Assembly (NCBI GenBank): GCA_963753595.1
Contig: CAVWCX010000037.1
Coordinates: 18,089 to 82,088 of the forward strand
Reading direction: 5' to 3'
Source: Candidatus Methanoperedenaceae archaeon
Lineage (GTDB): Archaea; Halobacteriota; Methanosarcinia; Methanosarcinales; Methanoperedenaceae
DNA length: 64,000 nt
Positions 30,487-40,175 of the stretch are shown one piece after another (position 1 is the first letter of the stretch; each line of letters opens with the position of its first letter). Position numbers and translations under genes: made by a program. A model generated the notes under the pieces. That model was not told where the DNA came from, did no database searches, and was given only the letters and a program-made list of their open reading frames with translations.

Positions 30487-30672
30487 TTATTTATCCGGGA
30501 TTTCCGCCAGCTTTAATCCTACCAGTCCCATTATAATAATAAAAAACAGCAATGACGCGCTATATCCGAATCCTGCTGATGACTTCAATAATATTTTTGA
30601 TGCCGCGATCAAAATAATAAAAATCACAACTGACCCCAGGGCCAGTATGATCTCAAGAGATTTTTTATTCAT
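30487..30672 (-). CDS. Small 2-TM membrane protein
   Basis: 61 aa, coupled to the serA stop (ATGA). Confidence 0.7.
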   Translation of the reverse strand: MNKKSLEIILALGSVVIFIILIAASKILLKSSAGFGYSASLLFFIIIMGLVGLKLAEIPDK

Positions 30673-32240
30673 AGCACCACAAGTTTTGCATCAATTATGC
30701 CGGAAACGGCTTTGATATCATCAAGGATCGCTTCATCCACTTCGCTATCGATATTCAGGACCATTATTGCTTCGCTGCCGATGGCTATCCTTCCAACCTG
30801 CATCCCTGCGATATTGATATTGTTCTTACCCAGTATCATGCAGCAAGGCCCGATGATATTGGGATGGTCTTCGTGTCTTGCAACTATCATATATTTTGAG
30901 GGAACTACATCGATCCTGTATTCGTCGATCTGCACTATGCGCGGCTCTTTTCCGACGATGGTGCCGCTTACGATTTTTTCCTCTCCCTTCTTCGTCAGTT
31001 TCACTGCGATCTGGCTGGAATATCCCTGGTTCGTCTTGGATTTGCTTTCGATTACCTTTATCTTTCGCTCTTTTGCTATGGTCGGGGCATTTACGTAATT
31101 TACTCCCGGACCAAGAACAGGTTCAAGCAGACCTTTTAATACTGCAAGTGTCAAAGGGGCCACATTATGCTCTGCGATTTCACCGCAGTATGAAATTTCT
31201 ACTTTTTCATAATTGCTACCGATAAGATACATACAGAGTTTTCCGATTTTCTCTGCAAGAGGGAAATAAGGCTCAAGAACCTGCATGGCATCGGGTTTTA
31301 TATATGGCATGTTGATGGCGTTCTTCACCGGAAGGCCTTTTAAGGAATTGACGATCTGCTCGGCGACAGAGATGGCAACATTGATCTGGGCTTCTTCTGT
31401 GGAAGCGCCAAGGTGCGGCGTCATAATAACACGGTCAAGTTCTATAAGGGGGCTGTCAAAAGGCGGCTCTGTCACGAAAACATCGATCGCTGCACCGCTT
31501 ACGACACCATCTTTCACTGCTTTTGCAAGCGCTTCTTCATTAATGATGCCTCCTCTTGCGCAATTGATAACGCGTGCCCCCTTCTTCATAACAGCGAATT
31601 CCTTTGTGCTGATAAGGTCTTTTGTTTCTTTTGTGAGGGGTGTATGTACAGTAATATAATCTGCGCGTTTAACGATGTCTATGACAGTTGTAAGCTCAAC
31701 ACCGAGTTCATTAGCCCTCTCAGGAGATATAAAAGGGTCATAAGCAAGTATATTCATTTCCATTCCCTGGGCGCGTTTTGCCACTTCTGCCCCTATCCTT
31801 CCAAGGCCAACAACCCCGAGTGTTTTTCCCCTGACCTCGACTCCCATGAATTTTTTCCGGTCCCATTTCTTGCTTTTTAATGATGCGTTTGCCTGCGGGA
31901 TGTTCCTTGACATTGCCATCATCATGGCTACTGTGTGCTCAGCGGCTGAAATGGTATTGCCTTCCGGGGCATTAACTACTATTATTCCCCGCTCTGTGGC
32001 TGCATTAACATCAATATTATCCACACCAACGCCGGCTCGCCCAATAATTTTTAATTTTTTACCGGCATTGATAACATCTTTTGTAACTTGCGTTTCGCTT
32101 CGGACAATGAGGGCTTCATAATTACCTATCTTTGCGATCAGTTGATCGGGTTTAAGTCCGGTCGCAATGTCAACATCAAATTCTTTTTTTAATATCTCGA
32201 CACCCTGGTCGGATATGGGGTCGCTTACAAGTATCTTCAA
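30669..32240 (-). CDS. serA: D-3-phosphoglycerate dehydrogenase
   Basis: GRAGVGVDNID, GLGRIG, TPHLGASTEEAQ, C-terminal ACT domain; TTG start after GGTGA. Confidence 0.96.
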   Translation of the reverse strand: MKILVSDPISDQGVEILKKEFDVDIATGLKPDQLIAKIGNYEALIVRSETQVTKDVINAGKKLKIIGRAGVGVDNIDVNAATERGIIVVNAPEGNTISAAEHTVAMMMAMSRNIPQANASLKSKKWDRKKFMGVEVRGKTLGVVGLGRIGAEVAKRAQGMEMNILAYDPFISPERANELGVELTTVIDIVKRADYITVHTPLTKETKDLISTKEFAVMKKGARVINCARGGIINEEALAKAVKDGVVSGAAIDVFVTEPPFDSPLIELDRVIMTPHLGASTEEAQINVAISVAEQIVNSLKGLPVKNAINMPYIKPDAMQVLEPYFPLAEKIGKLCMYLIGSNYEKVEISYCGEIAEHNVAPLTLAVLKGLLEPVLGPGVNYVNAPTIAKERKIKVIESKSKTNQGYSSQIAVKLTKKGEEKIVSGTIVGKEPRIVQIDEYRIDVVPSKYMIVARHEDHPNIIGPCCMILGKNNINIAGMQVGRIAIGSEAIMVLNIDSEVDEAILDDIKAVSGIIDAKLVVL

Positions 32241-32326
32241 GATTATCACCAGATAAATCGGTTTAATTGGACTATTAGCATTTCAGCTTTTCGTTAAAGC
32301 TTAGATATTTCAGGTTTGAAGGTCAA

Positions 32327-33058
32327 GTGAAAGCCATGTCAAATCCTCCAACGATCGGGAATGAGCCAGAAAAACCCGCAAAGCCATTCGTTTTTATCAA
32401 CGCGGCCATGAGCGCTGACGGCAAAATAGCCACAAGGGAAAGAAGGCAGACCCGGATATCAGGAAACCTGGATTTTGACCGCATGGATGAACTCAGGGCA
32501 TCATCTGATGCTATTATGGTGGGAATCGGGACGGTAATTTCAGATAATCCGAGCCTTACTGTGAAATCAAAAGACAGGAAAGATAAAAGGCGTGCCCTGG
32601 GACTTTCGGAAAATCCCGTGAGAATAGTTGTTGACAGCATGGCAAGAACACCACTTGATGCAGATATTTTTAAAAAAGGTGAAGGTAAACGCATAATCGC
32701 TGTTTCTGAAATTGCGCCGCCTGATAAAGTCCGGAAGCTTTCTGAGCTTGCAGATATAATTTGTAAGGGTGAAAACAACGTTGACCTTGTCAAACTTCTT
32801 TTTGAATTAAAGAAGCGGGGTATCAATCGTTTGATGGTCGAGGGGGGTGCGACATTGAACTGGGGGTTGATTTCAAATGAGCTTGTGGATGAGGTTTATA
32901 CTTTTGTCGGGAATATCATAATCGGAGGTAAAACCGCCCCGACTCTTGTGGATGGTGAAGGATATGCATCTGATTTTTGCAGGCTGTCCCTTATCTCAGG
33001 CGAGAAAGTGGAAGATGGCGTTCTTATAAAATGGAAAGTCCGGTTGTTACACCAATAG
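32327..33058 (+). CDS. arfC: 2,5-diamino-6-ribosylamino-4(3H)-pyrimidinone 5'-phosphate reductase
   Basis: NAAMSADGKI, MVGIGTV..DNPSL, MVEGG. Confidence 0.9.
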   Translation: MKAMSNPPTIGNEPEKPAKPFVFINAAMSADGKIATRERRQTRISGNLDFDRMDELRASSDAIMVGIGTVISDNPSLTVKSKDRKDKRRALGLSENPVRIVVDSMARTPLDADIFKKGEGKRIIAVSEIAPPDKVRKLSELADIICKGENNVDLVKLLFELKKRGINRLMVEGGATLNWGLISNELVDEVYTFVGNIIIGGKTAPTLVDGEGYASDFCRLSLISGEKVEDGVLIKWKVRLLHQ

Positions 33059-33090
33059 TAACCTTTAATACCCTTTACGTTATTTGTAAA
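33046..33090 (+). promoter_or_regulatory. Two TTAC-N7-GTAA palindromes flanking a TATA box (putative BlaI-family operator)
   Basis: GTTACACCAATAGTAAC (33046-33062), TTTAATA (33064-33070), TTTACGTTATTTGTAAA (33074-33090). Confidence 0.55.
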
Positions 33091-33093
33091 CAT

Positions 33094-33453
33094 ATGGTTA
33101 AGCTCGATCAGATCAATATTTCAAATGACGGTCTCACAAAATTTTTCAGTCCTATAGAGGCCGCAATACTCCGGGCATTATGGAGTGAAGGGGAAATGAC
33201 AACATCAGAGCTGACTGGAAAGACAAATATTCCATTGACAAGTGTTGCAGGTACTCTTGACAGGCTTGTGAAGGCAGGATATACGACACGGAAAACTGAG
33301 ACTATTAATGGAAGAGTAAGATACGTTTATGAACCGGTCTTTTCAGAAGAAGAAGCGGCCAGCGAGATCACAACAAAAATACTTGACAGCCTCGTACAGG
33401 CATTCGGTCCCCTTGCGGTTGAGAACTTTTCAAAATACAGTGATAAAAAATGA
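33094..33453 (+). CDS. BlaI/MecI/CopY family transcriptional repressor
   Basis: SPIEAAILRALW..GE.T, TSVAGTLDRLVKAG, YVYEP. Confidence 0.85.
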   Translation: MVKLDQINISNDGLTKFFSPIEAAILRALWSEGEMTTSELTGKTNIPLTSVAGTLDRLVKAGYTTRKTETINGRVRYVYEPVFSEEEAASEITTKILDSLVQAFGPLAVENFSKYSDKK

Positions 33454-34124
33454 GTATATTCGGTGAAATAAACTGCTATGGGCAGTGTTTAAGATCATGG
33501 GCGCCCATTGTAGCTTTTATTGTTATAATATCAATAACATCAATAGCAGCAAGCTTGATGTTGAATAACCCTAAGAAAAGGCTTCAAACCTTTATTTTTG
33601 CCCAGTTTACGGGTCTTATCGGGGTAGCCTTAACATTCTATCTCATGAATTGCAGTGAGATGCTGTCAATGTATCTCTATTTTGCTTACGTGGCGATTTC
33701 CACGATCTTAATATTTGGTACGCTGTATTATTATGACCGGCTAATGATAAAACGCCTTGAAGCAAAACCGGCCGGAAGCATATTAAAATGGACGCAGGAG
33801 TATGTTGATAAACTGACATCGGCCAGGGTTTATTATTTTGATTCCGCAGTACCCAAAGCATTTGCAGCAGGACGTTCGATTTTCATATCGATAGGACTTC
33901 TTGAGATATTGGATGACAATGAATTGAAGTCTGTACTGGCACATGAAGCATGGCATATACGCCATAATTCGGGAATGCCATTTATTTCCCGCCTTGCGAT
34001 GATGGCATTTTCCTCAACCACTGAACCTCTACTTGAAGAGCAGGCAGATCGTTTTGCAGCCGAAATCGCAGGAAGGAAGGCGCTTTTTTCAGCGAGAAAT
34101 AAGGTTGATAAAGTATTTATTTAA
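33450..34124 (+). CDS. Membrane zinc metalloprotease (M56/M48, BlaR-like)
   Basis: Three TM segments, ELKSVLAHEAWH (HExxH), EEQADRFA. Confidence 0.8.
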   Translation: MSIFGEINCYGQCLRSWAPIVAFIVIISITSIAASLMLNNPKKRLQTFIFAQFTGLIGVALTFYLMNCSEMLSMYLYFAYVAISTILIFGTLYYYDRLMIKRLEAKPAGSILKWTQEYVDKLTSARVYYFDSAVPKAFAAGRSIFISIGLLEILDDNELKSVLAHEAWHIRHNSGMPFISRLAMMAFSSTTEPLLEEQADRFAAEIAGRKALFSARNKVDKVFI

Positions 34125-34146
34125 GAAAATATAAGGATGGTTAAAT

Positions 34147-35112
34147 ATGTGGCTTAAATTGAGATTGTATCTGATAATGGCAGTATTATTCTCCATAATC
34201 TATGGGCTTGTAGTATTTGCAGTAAGTTATATGGGACTTCAGGGGACTGGATTTTTCTTTTATGGTGTTATCGCAACGATCATGATGCTTATCCAGTACA
34301 TGATAGGACCAAAGATGGTAGAATGGTCAATGGGAGTGAAGTATGTTACTGAAGCAGAATATCCTGCTCTTCACAGGATGGTTACTGAACTTGCAAGAGA
34401 TGCTGGCATACCAAAACCCAGGATCGGTATTGCGAGAATACCCATCCCTAACGCATTTGCATTCGGGCGCTGGGCAAAAGACGGACGGGTTTGTGTTACG
34501 GAAGGTATAATGACCCTCCTTAACGAAAAAGAATTGAGGGCGGTTCTGGCGCATGAAATATCCCACCTGAAACACAAGGATGTTGCGATCATAACGATGA
34601 TAAGTGTAATTCCCATGATATGCTGGTACTTTGCATGGAACCAGTTGTTCTCAGGCGGCAGGGAACGGGGAAATGGCATTCTTATAGGGATAGTCGCTCT
34701 GATAATATATTTCATTACAAATCTTCTTGTCCTGTATGTCTCAAGGATCAGGGAATATTATGCCGATGAAGGCGCGGTGAAACTCGGCAGCTCACCGCAT
34801 CATCTCGCATCAGCTCTTTATAAACTTGTTTATGGCAGTGCAAGGGTTTCTAAAGAATCATTAAAACCCATAGAGGGCATGAAAGCTTTCTTTGCCAATG
34901 ACCCATCGCGCGCTGGAAGTGATATAAGGGAATTATCCCAGATCGACCTTGACGGGAGCGGGACTATCGATATAAATGAACTTTTGGCTCTTCGGACCCG
35001 CCCGATAAAAGTTAAGACAACTGATAAGTTAATGGAAATGTTCAGCACACATCCAAATATGCTAAAACGCATACAGCGTTTGTCCTCCCTCCAGGGGATT
35101 TCCGCATACTAA
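34147..35112 (+). CDS. htpX: Zinc metalloprotease HtpX
   Basis: PNAFAFG, AHEISH, SRIREYYAD, FSTHP. Confidence 0.92.
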   Translation: MWLKLRLYLIMAVLFSIIYGLVVFAVSYMGLQGTGFFFYGVIATIMMLIQYMIGPKMVEWSMGVKYVTEAEYPALHRMVTELARDAGIPKPRIGIARIPIPNAFAFGRWAKDGRVCVTEGIMTLLNEKELRAVLAHEISHLKHKDVAIITMISVIPMICWYFAWNQLFSGGRERGNGILIGIVALIIYFITNLLVLYVSRIREYYADEGAVKLGSSPHHLASALYKLVYGSARVSKESLKPIEGMKAFFANDPSRAGSDIRELSQIDLDGSGTIDINELLALRTRPIKVKTTDKLMEMFSTHPNMLKRIQRLSSLQGISAY

Positions 35113-35391
35113 TTTTTCTTATTTTTTCTAATTGCCCCTCCGAAAAGGTTAAAAGGGATGTGATAGAATGAGGAGAAATCATTCACTCTTATGCAGTGAT
35201 TCGGAGTTCATCTCCAGACATAATTGTTTCAAATTGTTTTGAAGATTCAAAATATTAATCTGGCAATAATGCCCGCGATCATTGTATAAATTTGTGATGA
35301 GCCGCAAGGCTGTTCCGGGTTGTCCGGGACATGTATCGTGCATTATGAAATGCATAATCCCCAACGATTGTTGGAAAAGGAGGACTATAGG

Positions 35392-36252
35392 TTGCTAAAT
35401 GAATTACAGGGTAGAAAAGGTGACTTAAAAAATAAGTCGGAAGAGTATAAGGATAAAAGAAATGAATTCAATCTTGAAGCGAGTAAATGTGCCGCGAAAA
35501 GGAATGATTTAAACAAACGCACAAAAGAGCTTATTGAAGAGGCACAACAACTCAAAAAGTTGCGTGATGAGAATAACGAACAGGTTGCTCAATCCAAAAT
35601 CAAGCGCGACGAATTAAATGATCAAGCTAATAAAATTTATGCGGATATCGATAAGATCCGCAAAGGCCTCAATCTCGGTGACGGCCCTTCGCTTAAAGAA
35701 TTAAAGAAACAGATCGATGGGCTGGAATTCAGGCAGCAGACCGAGGTAATGACACCCGCAAAGGAACGGGAACTTGTTGATAGTATTACAAAATTGACTG
35801 ATGAGCTCAAACACAAAAAACAGCAGCTTGAGGGCAATACTGAATTAAAGACTTTTCTTGAACAGGCCCAGGCTCTTCGCGATGAAGCATTGGTACATCA
35901 CAACAAAGTCAAGGAATTTGCTGATGCAGCACAGCAATATCATGATAAGATGATAGTGATATTCAAGGAAGCTGATACAATAAGGGCAGAATCTGATGCC
36001 GCACACAAGGAATTTGTTAAAGCACAGGAAGCTGCGGACGAACAACACAGGTTATTCATCCAGACCCAGAAAGAGATCCGCGAGATCAATAAAGTGATTA
36101 TCGGATTAAAGAGAAAGACAAAAGAAGGTAAGGACGAATCCATAAGGGAACAGGCCAAGAAGGAAGCTGAAGAGGTATATGCCCAGTTCAAGCTTGGTGA
36201 GAAACTGAATACTGAGGATTTGATGTTACTGCAGAGATCGGGACTTCTATAA
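35392..36252 (+). CDS. Archaeal coiled-coil protein (COG1340-like)
   Basis: LEFRQQTEV..PAKERELV and GEKLNTEDLMLLQ; TTG start after AAGGAGG. Confidence 0.82.
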   Translation: MLNELQGRKGDLKNKSEEYKDKRNEFNLEASKCAAKRNDLNKRTKELIEEAQQLKKLRDENNEQVAQSKIKRDELNDQANKIYADIDKIRKGLNLGDGPSLKELKKQIDGLEFRQQTEVMTPAKERELVDSITKLTDELKHKKQQLEGNTELKTFLEQAQALRDEALVHHNKVKEFADAAQQYHDKMIVIFKEADTIRAESDAAHKEFVKAQEAADEQHRLFIQTQKEIREINKVIIGLKRKTKEGKDESIREQAKKEAEEVYAQFKLGEKLNTEDLMLLQRSGLL

Positions 36253-36279
36253 ATCCCCTTCTTTTTCTATTTTAGATTA

Positions 36280-36948
36280 ATGGAAAAATCTATCAAGTGT
36301 TATAACGTAAGCTGGGGTGAAGCTTACAGGCTCGCAAGAACGCTTGCACATAAAATTGTCGAATCAGGATTTAAGCCTGATATAATCATTGGTATCTCAA
36401 GGGGCGGCCTTGTTCCTGCGAGAATGGTATGTGATTTTCTTTTGCAGGACGAACTGATACCCACACAGACAGAACACTGGGGCATCGCTTCAAAACATGA
36501 GACTGCAAAGATAAAATACTCGCTTCCAAAAGAAGCGGACATCTCAGGGAAAAAAATACTTGTTGTTGATGATGTTGCAGATACAGGGGATAGTTTATCT
36601 TTAATAATGGGTTACCTGGAACAAAAGGATCCCATAGAGATCAGGGCCGCAGTTCTCCATTATAAAACCAGTTCGACCGTGATACCGGATTATTGGGGTG
36701 AAAAACAAGAAGACTGGAACTGGATAATATATCCCTGGGCTTTTTATGAAGACCTGGCCGGATTTGTGCAAAAATTACTGGATAAACCTTCAACTAATGA
36801 AGAGATAAGGATCGGTCTTTTAGGCAATTTCAATATAACAATGTCAAGAAAAGACCTTCTTGAAATGCTAAATGATTTTCACAAACTGGGAAAAATCAAA
36901 AAAATTGAAAAAAACAAAAAGGTATTATGGGAAAAAGTAGAACCTTGA
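36280..36948 (+). CDS. Purine phosphoribosyltransferase family protein
   Basis: ISRGGLVP, ILVVDDVADTGDS, WIIYPW. Confidence 0.88.
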   Translation: MEKSIKCYNVSWGEAYRLARTLAHKIVESGFKPDIIIGISRGGLVPARMVCDFLLQDELIPTQTEHWGIASKHETAKIKYSLPKEADISGKKILVVDDVADTGDSLSLIMGYLEQKDPIEIRAAVLHYKTSSTVIPDYWGEKQEDWNWIIYPWAFYEDLAGFVQKLLDKPSTNEEIRIGLLGNFNITMSRKDLLEMLNDFHKLGKIKKIEKNKKVLWEKVEP

Positions 36949-36960
36949 AAGGATAAAATA

Positions 36961-37236
36961 ATGAATACCAGGGTTCATGTTTTTGTTTCGGGGAAGGTGC
37001 AGGGTGTGTTCTTCAGGTCAAGCACTAAAAATATGGCGCAAGTACTTGGCCTCAAAGGTTGGGTAAGGAACCTTGCTGACGGGCGAGTGGAAGCTGTTTT
37101 TGAAGGTGAAGAGGAAGCAATTGAAAAAATGCTGGAGTGGTGCAAGGCAGGTCCCGAATATGCTAAAGTAACAGGCATAGAAGTTGTTGCCGAACATTAC
37201 AAAGGGGAATTCAATGAGTTCTTACTTTTGCGGTAA
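36961..37236 (+). CDS. acyP: Acylphosphatase
   Basis: GKVQGVFFR and GWVRNL.DGRVE. Confidence 0.95.
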   Translation: MNTRVHVFVSGKVQGVFFRSSTKNMAQVLGLKGWVRNLADGRVEAVFEGEEEAIEKMLEWCKAGPEYAKVTGIEVVAEHYKGEFNEFLLLR

Positions 37237-37262
37237 TTATAAACCAAGCCTTGCCAATAATA

Positions 37263-37590
37263 GAGCCGAGAGAGGAAGAGCGGCCGCCGGCAGCAAGTCT
37301 GCTGAGGAAAGTCCCCTCACCATCTGGACCGCGGACATGTGCAAGCATGTAGGGTGAGAATCCTGGCTCTGGAACAGAAACGATACCGCAGCGCAGTAAT
37401 GCGATGATTCCGAAAGGATGAGATCATGTGTATGCGGATGGAACGGCGAATCCACGCGGGTGCAAGCCGAAATAGGGCATTAAAGGGCAGTCCAGACCTG
37501 TCCGAGTACGGCGCATAGCTGAATGCCGCAGTGCGCTACAGGGGCACTCGCCCCTTGCGCTGAACATAAAGGGGCTTACTCTCCTCACTC
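37263..37590 (+). ncRNA. rnpB: RNase P RNA (archaeal type A)
   Basis: GAGGAAAGTCC (CR-I), ACAGAAA, GGTGCAAG and AACATAAAGGGGCTTA (CR-V); complementary ends. Confidence 0.93.
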
Positions 37591-37636
37591 AAATTCTGTG
37601 ATATGATTTAAATAACTAAAAAACCAATTATCTAAC

Positions 37637-37843
37637 ATGCAATTCACGATAAAACTCGAACCATCTGATGAAGGCGGATATACAGCCCAATGTCTTGAAC
37701 TTCCCACTGCTATCAGTGAGGGTGACACAAAAGAAGATGCCCTGGAAAATATCAGGGAAGCAATTCAACTTGTTCTTGAAGTCACACAGGAGCAAGCCAG
37801 GTCATATACAGAAGTATGTAAGGTGGAAGTCGCTTGTGCCTAA
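37637..37843 (+). CDS. hicB: HicB family antitoxin (short form)
   Basis: EGGYTAQCLELP.AISEGDTKEDALENIREAI. Confidence 0.9.
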   Translation: MQFTIKLEPSDEGGYTAQCLELPTAISEGDTKEDALENIREAIQLVLEVTQEQARSYTEVCKVEVACA

Positions 37844-38051
37844 ACTTCCTTCAGTGACCGGCAGGAAAATTATCAGGTCTTTGAATAAGTTGGGTTTTAT
37901 CATAGTACGTCAGAGGGGAAGCCATGTGTTCATGCAAAGAGAAGACACAACAGTTACTGTTCCATTGCACGATCCAGTTAAGAAAACCACCCTCAAAAGT
38001 ATTTTAAATCAGGCCGGAGTTTCATTGAAAGAATTTTTAGAAAATCTTTGA
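37836..38051 (+). CDS. hicA: HicA family mRNA interferase toxin
   Basis: GTG start, PKLPSVTG, RQRGSHV, TVPLH, TLKSILNQAG. Confidence 0.9.
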   Translation: MPKLPSVTGRKIIRSLNKLGFIIVRQRGSHVFMQREDTTVTVPLHDPVKKTTLKSILNQAGVSLKEFLENL

Positions 38052-38133
38052 AAAATAAGCTTTGCGACTGTGTTTGATGGTTGTTTTTTCAAAACCAATT
38101 CATTTTAATACCCTTCAATCATAATAACCCATC

Positions 38134-39936
38134 ATGGCCTCAATCATCGACCCAATCTATGGTCATGTGGCAATAAGCAAACTCGAGCAGCTCATCATCA
38201 ACACTCCCGAAATGGCGCGCCTGCGCCGCATACAGCAGCTTGGACTTGCCGACCTTGCATTTCCGGGCGCGAACCATACGCGTTTTGAACATAGCGTGGG
38301 GACATTGTTCATGGCTGATAAGATAGCAAAGGCGCTTGGACTAACACATGAGGAAATTTCAAAAGTAAGGATGGCAGCTCTTCTACATGACGTTGGCCAT
38401 TGCGCATTTTCGCATGTCATCGAAAGCATTCTCAAACGAAATCCATCATACCAACCTGTGCTTAATGGAAAGAATTTCATGAACCATGAGATGTTTACGA
38501 AATTTATAATCGCGAATTCATTCCATATCATGCCTGAAATTGCTGAGCATGCTGATGCTTCATTTTTCCAGGAGGTTTCAAGGATCGCGACCGGTGATAT
38601 TGAAGGCGTTCCAAAACCATATCTTTCCCAGATCATCTCGAATGATATAGACGCTGACAGGATCGATTTCCTGCTGCGTGATTCCTACCACACGGGTGTT
38701 TCTTTCGGGCTTGTTGATGTTGACCAGATCATTGGAAGCATGTCACTTCATAATGGCAGTATTATTCTTGGCGGGACCCTCAGCTATGATGAGGACATGG
38801 CGCTTACTGCTGCTGAATCCATGCTGATCGCAAGAGCGCATCATTATTCTGCGATAATACATAATCCCAGGACACAGGGTGCCAGAGTCATGCTGCTTCA
38901 TGCTCTTGAAAAAACACTCGCAAGGTATAAAGAGTCAGGGAATGATGTAAAAGCAGTCGTTTTAAAATTCTTTACTACATACAATGACAGTGATCTTTTA
39001 AATTTCATCGAAGTGAACGGAGATGAAAACTCAAGGAAACTGATAGCAAATATTAGAAATGCCAGCATTTGCAGCGCAGTTTCTCGTTTCACACATAAGA
39101 ACCTCAATCCAAGGACAAGAATGGCGCTTTCCACCATCGCAAGGAACGGTGTCGCCAAGAAAATGTTCGAAGACGGTCTTGCAAAACGTTTCGCTGATAA
39201 ATATGGGGCTTCTGTTCTTGTTGACCTTGATGTCGCAAGCGGGATACCAAAAAGCACCCGCGTAAAGATCGGTGAGGAGGAGAGTTTCCTGTACGATGAA
39301 TCTGCCCTTGCCAATGGTCTTGTGAGGGCGATCTCGCGCCAGATATCGTTATGCGTATTTTCAAAGATGGGAGATAACGCTGCCCTTTCGCAGGCATCCC
39401 ATGATTTTCTGCTTGGTATCGAAAACCATTCCCCTCACATTTTGCGTTTCATAAGGAATGAAAACTACCTCCCGATTGAAGGCCTTCTTCTCATTTTTTA
39501 CAGCGCCCACAGGCTTTTCAGCAGCGAGGATGGCGGAAGGATCACTATGCCAAGGCTTCGAAACATTGCAAAGATCTATTATCTCGTAAAGGAGCTTGGA
39601 AAAGATGAAAAATTAAAGAATTTGTTCGATTACAGGTTCCATACCCGCTACGGCTTCTCATACAGCGATAAGCTTTTTGAGGATATCCAGCTACTTGTGG
39701 CGATGGGAATGGTGGATGAAGACCTGCGGTATTTTGAAAAAAAGGGGCGGTGGCAGCAGCGTTATGAATATGTCCTTACAAGCGATGGCCTTCTTTATGC
39801 AGAATCGATCGCTCCGGCATACCAGAACGAACTGGCCATAATTAGAAATTATCTGGCTCTTAATAAGCATTCTATTCCCAGGGATATGTTGAGTGTGGCT
39901 TCGAAACGATATAGCAGGGTTAAATCTCTCAGATAA
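38134..39936 (+). CDS. HD-domain phosphohydrolase (dNTPase/YwfO-like) with C-terminal wHTH-like domain
   Basis: RLRRIQQLG, HTRFEHS, LLHDVGH, DADRIDFLLRD. Confidence 0.85.
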   Translation: MASIIDPIYGHVAISKLEQLIINTPEMARLRRIQQLGLADLAFPGANHTRFEHSVGTLFMADKIAKALGLTHEEISKVRMAALLHDVGHCAFSHVIESILKRNPSYQPVLNGKNFMNHEMFTKFIIANSFHIMPEIAEHADASFFQEVSRIATGDIEGVPKPYLSQIISNDIDADRIDFLLRDSYHTGVSFGLVDVDQIIGSMSLHNGSIILGGTLSYDEDMALTAAESMLIARAHHYSAIIHNPRTQGARVMLLHALEKTLARYKESGNDVKAVVLKFFTTYNDSDLLNFIEVNGDENSRKLIANIRNASICSAVSRFTHKNLNPRTRMALSTIARNGVAKKMFEDGLAKRFADKYGASVLVDLDVASGIPKSTRVKIGEEESFLYDESALANGLVRAISRQISLCVFSKMGDNAALSQASHDFLLGIENHSPHILRFIRNENYLPIEGLLLIFYSAHRLFSSEDGGRITMPRLRNIAKIYYLVKELGKDEKLKNLFDYRFHTRYGFSYSDKLFEDIQLLVAMGMVDEDLRYFEKKGRWQQRYEYVLTSDGLLYAESIAPAYQNELAIIRNYLALNKHSIPRDMLSVASKRYSRVKSLR

Positions 39937-40027
39937 TGTACGAAATTCTTGGATGGTAGAATCCCGAAATTTTTGGATGAATTTATATATGATAAAAAGC
40001 ACTAATGAGACCAGAGGATGATGGAAC

Positions 40028-40138
40028 ATGAATGAAACAGACGGCAATAAAAGTGATACAATGGTGATTTTAGCAGTTCTGATAGTAATACTGATTATTG
40101 CAGGTGTCCTGTACTTATTCTACAGAGTACCAAATTAA
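40028..40138 (+). CDS. Candidate 36-aa single-TM microprotein
   Basis: MNETDGNKSDTMVILAVLIVILIIAGVLYLFYRVPN; TTTATATA upstream, T tract downstream. Confidence 0.5.
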   Translation: MNETDGNKSDTMVILAVLIVILIIAGVLYLFYRVPN

Positions 40139-40175
40139 AAAATAACTTTTTTAAAAAAAGACAAACAAAATTTTT

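Noticed and set aside
35168-35242. 24-codon uORF (MRRNHSLLCSDSEFISRHNCFKLF)
   Set aside because: ATG is too close to the TATA-like box to be in the transcript; region is better explained as structured RNA
37237-37455. 72-aa minus-strand ORF
   Set aside because: Antisense shadow of RNase P RNA
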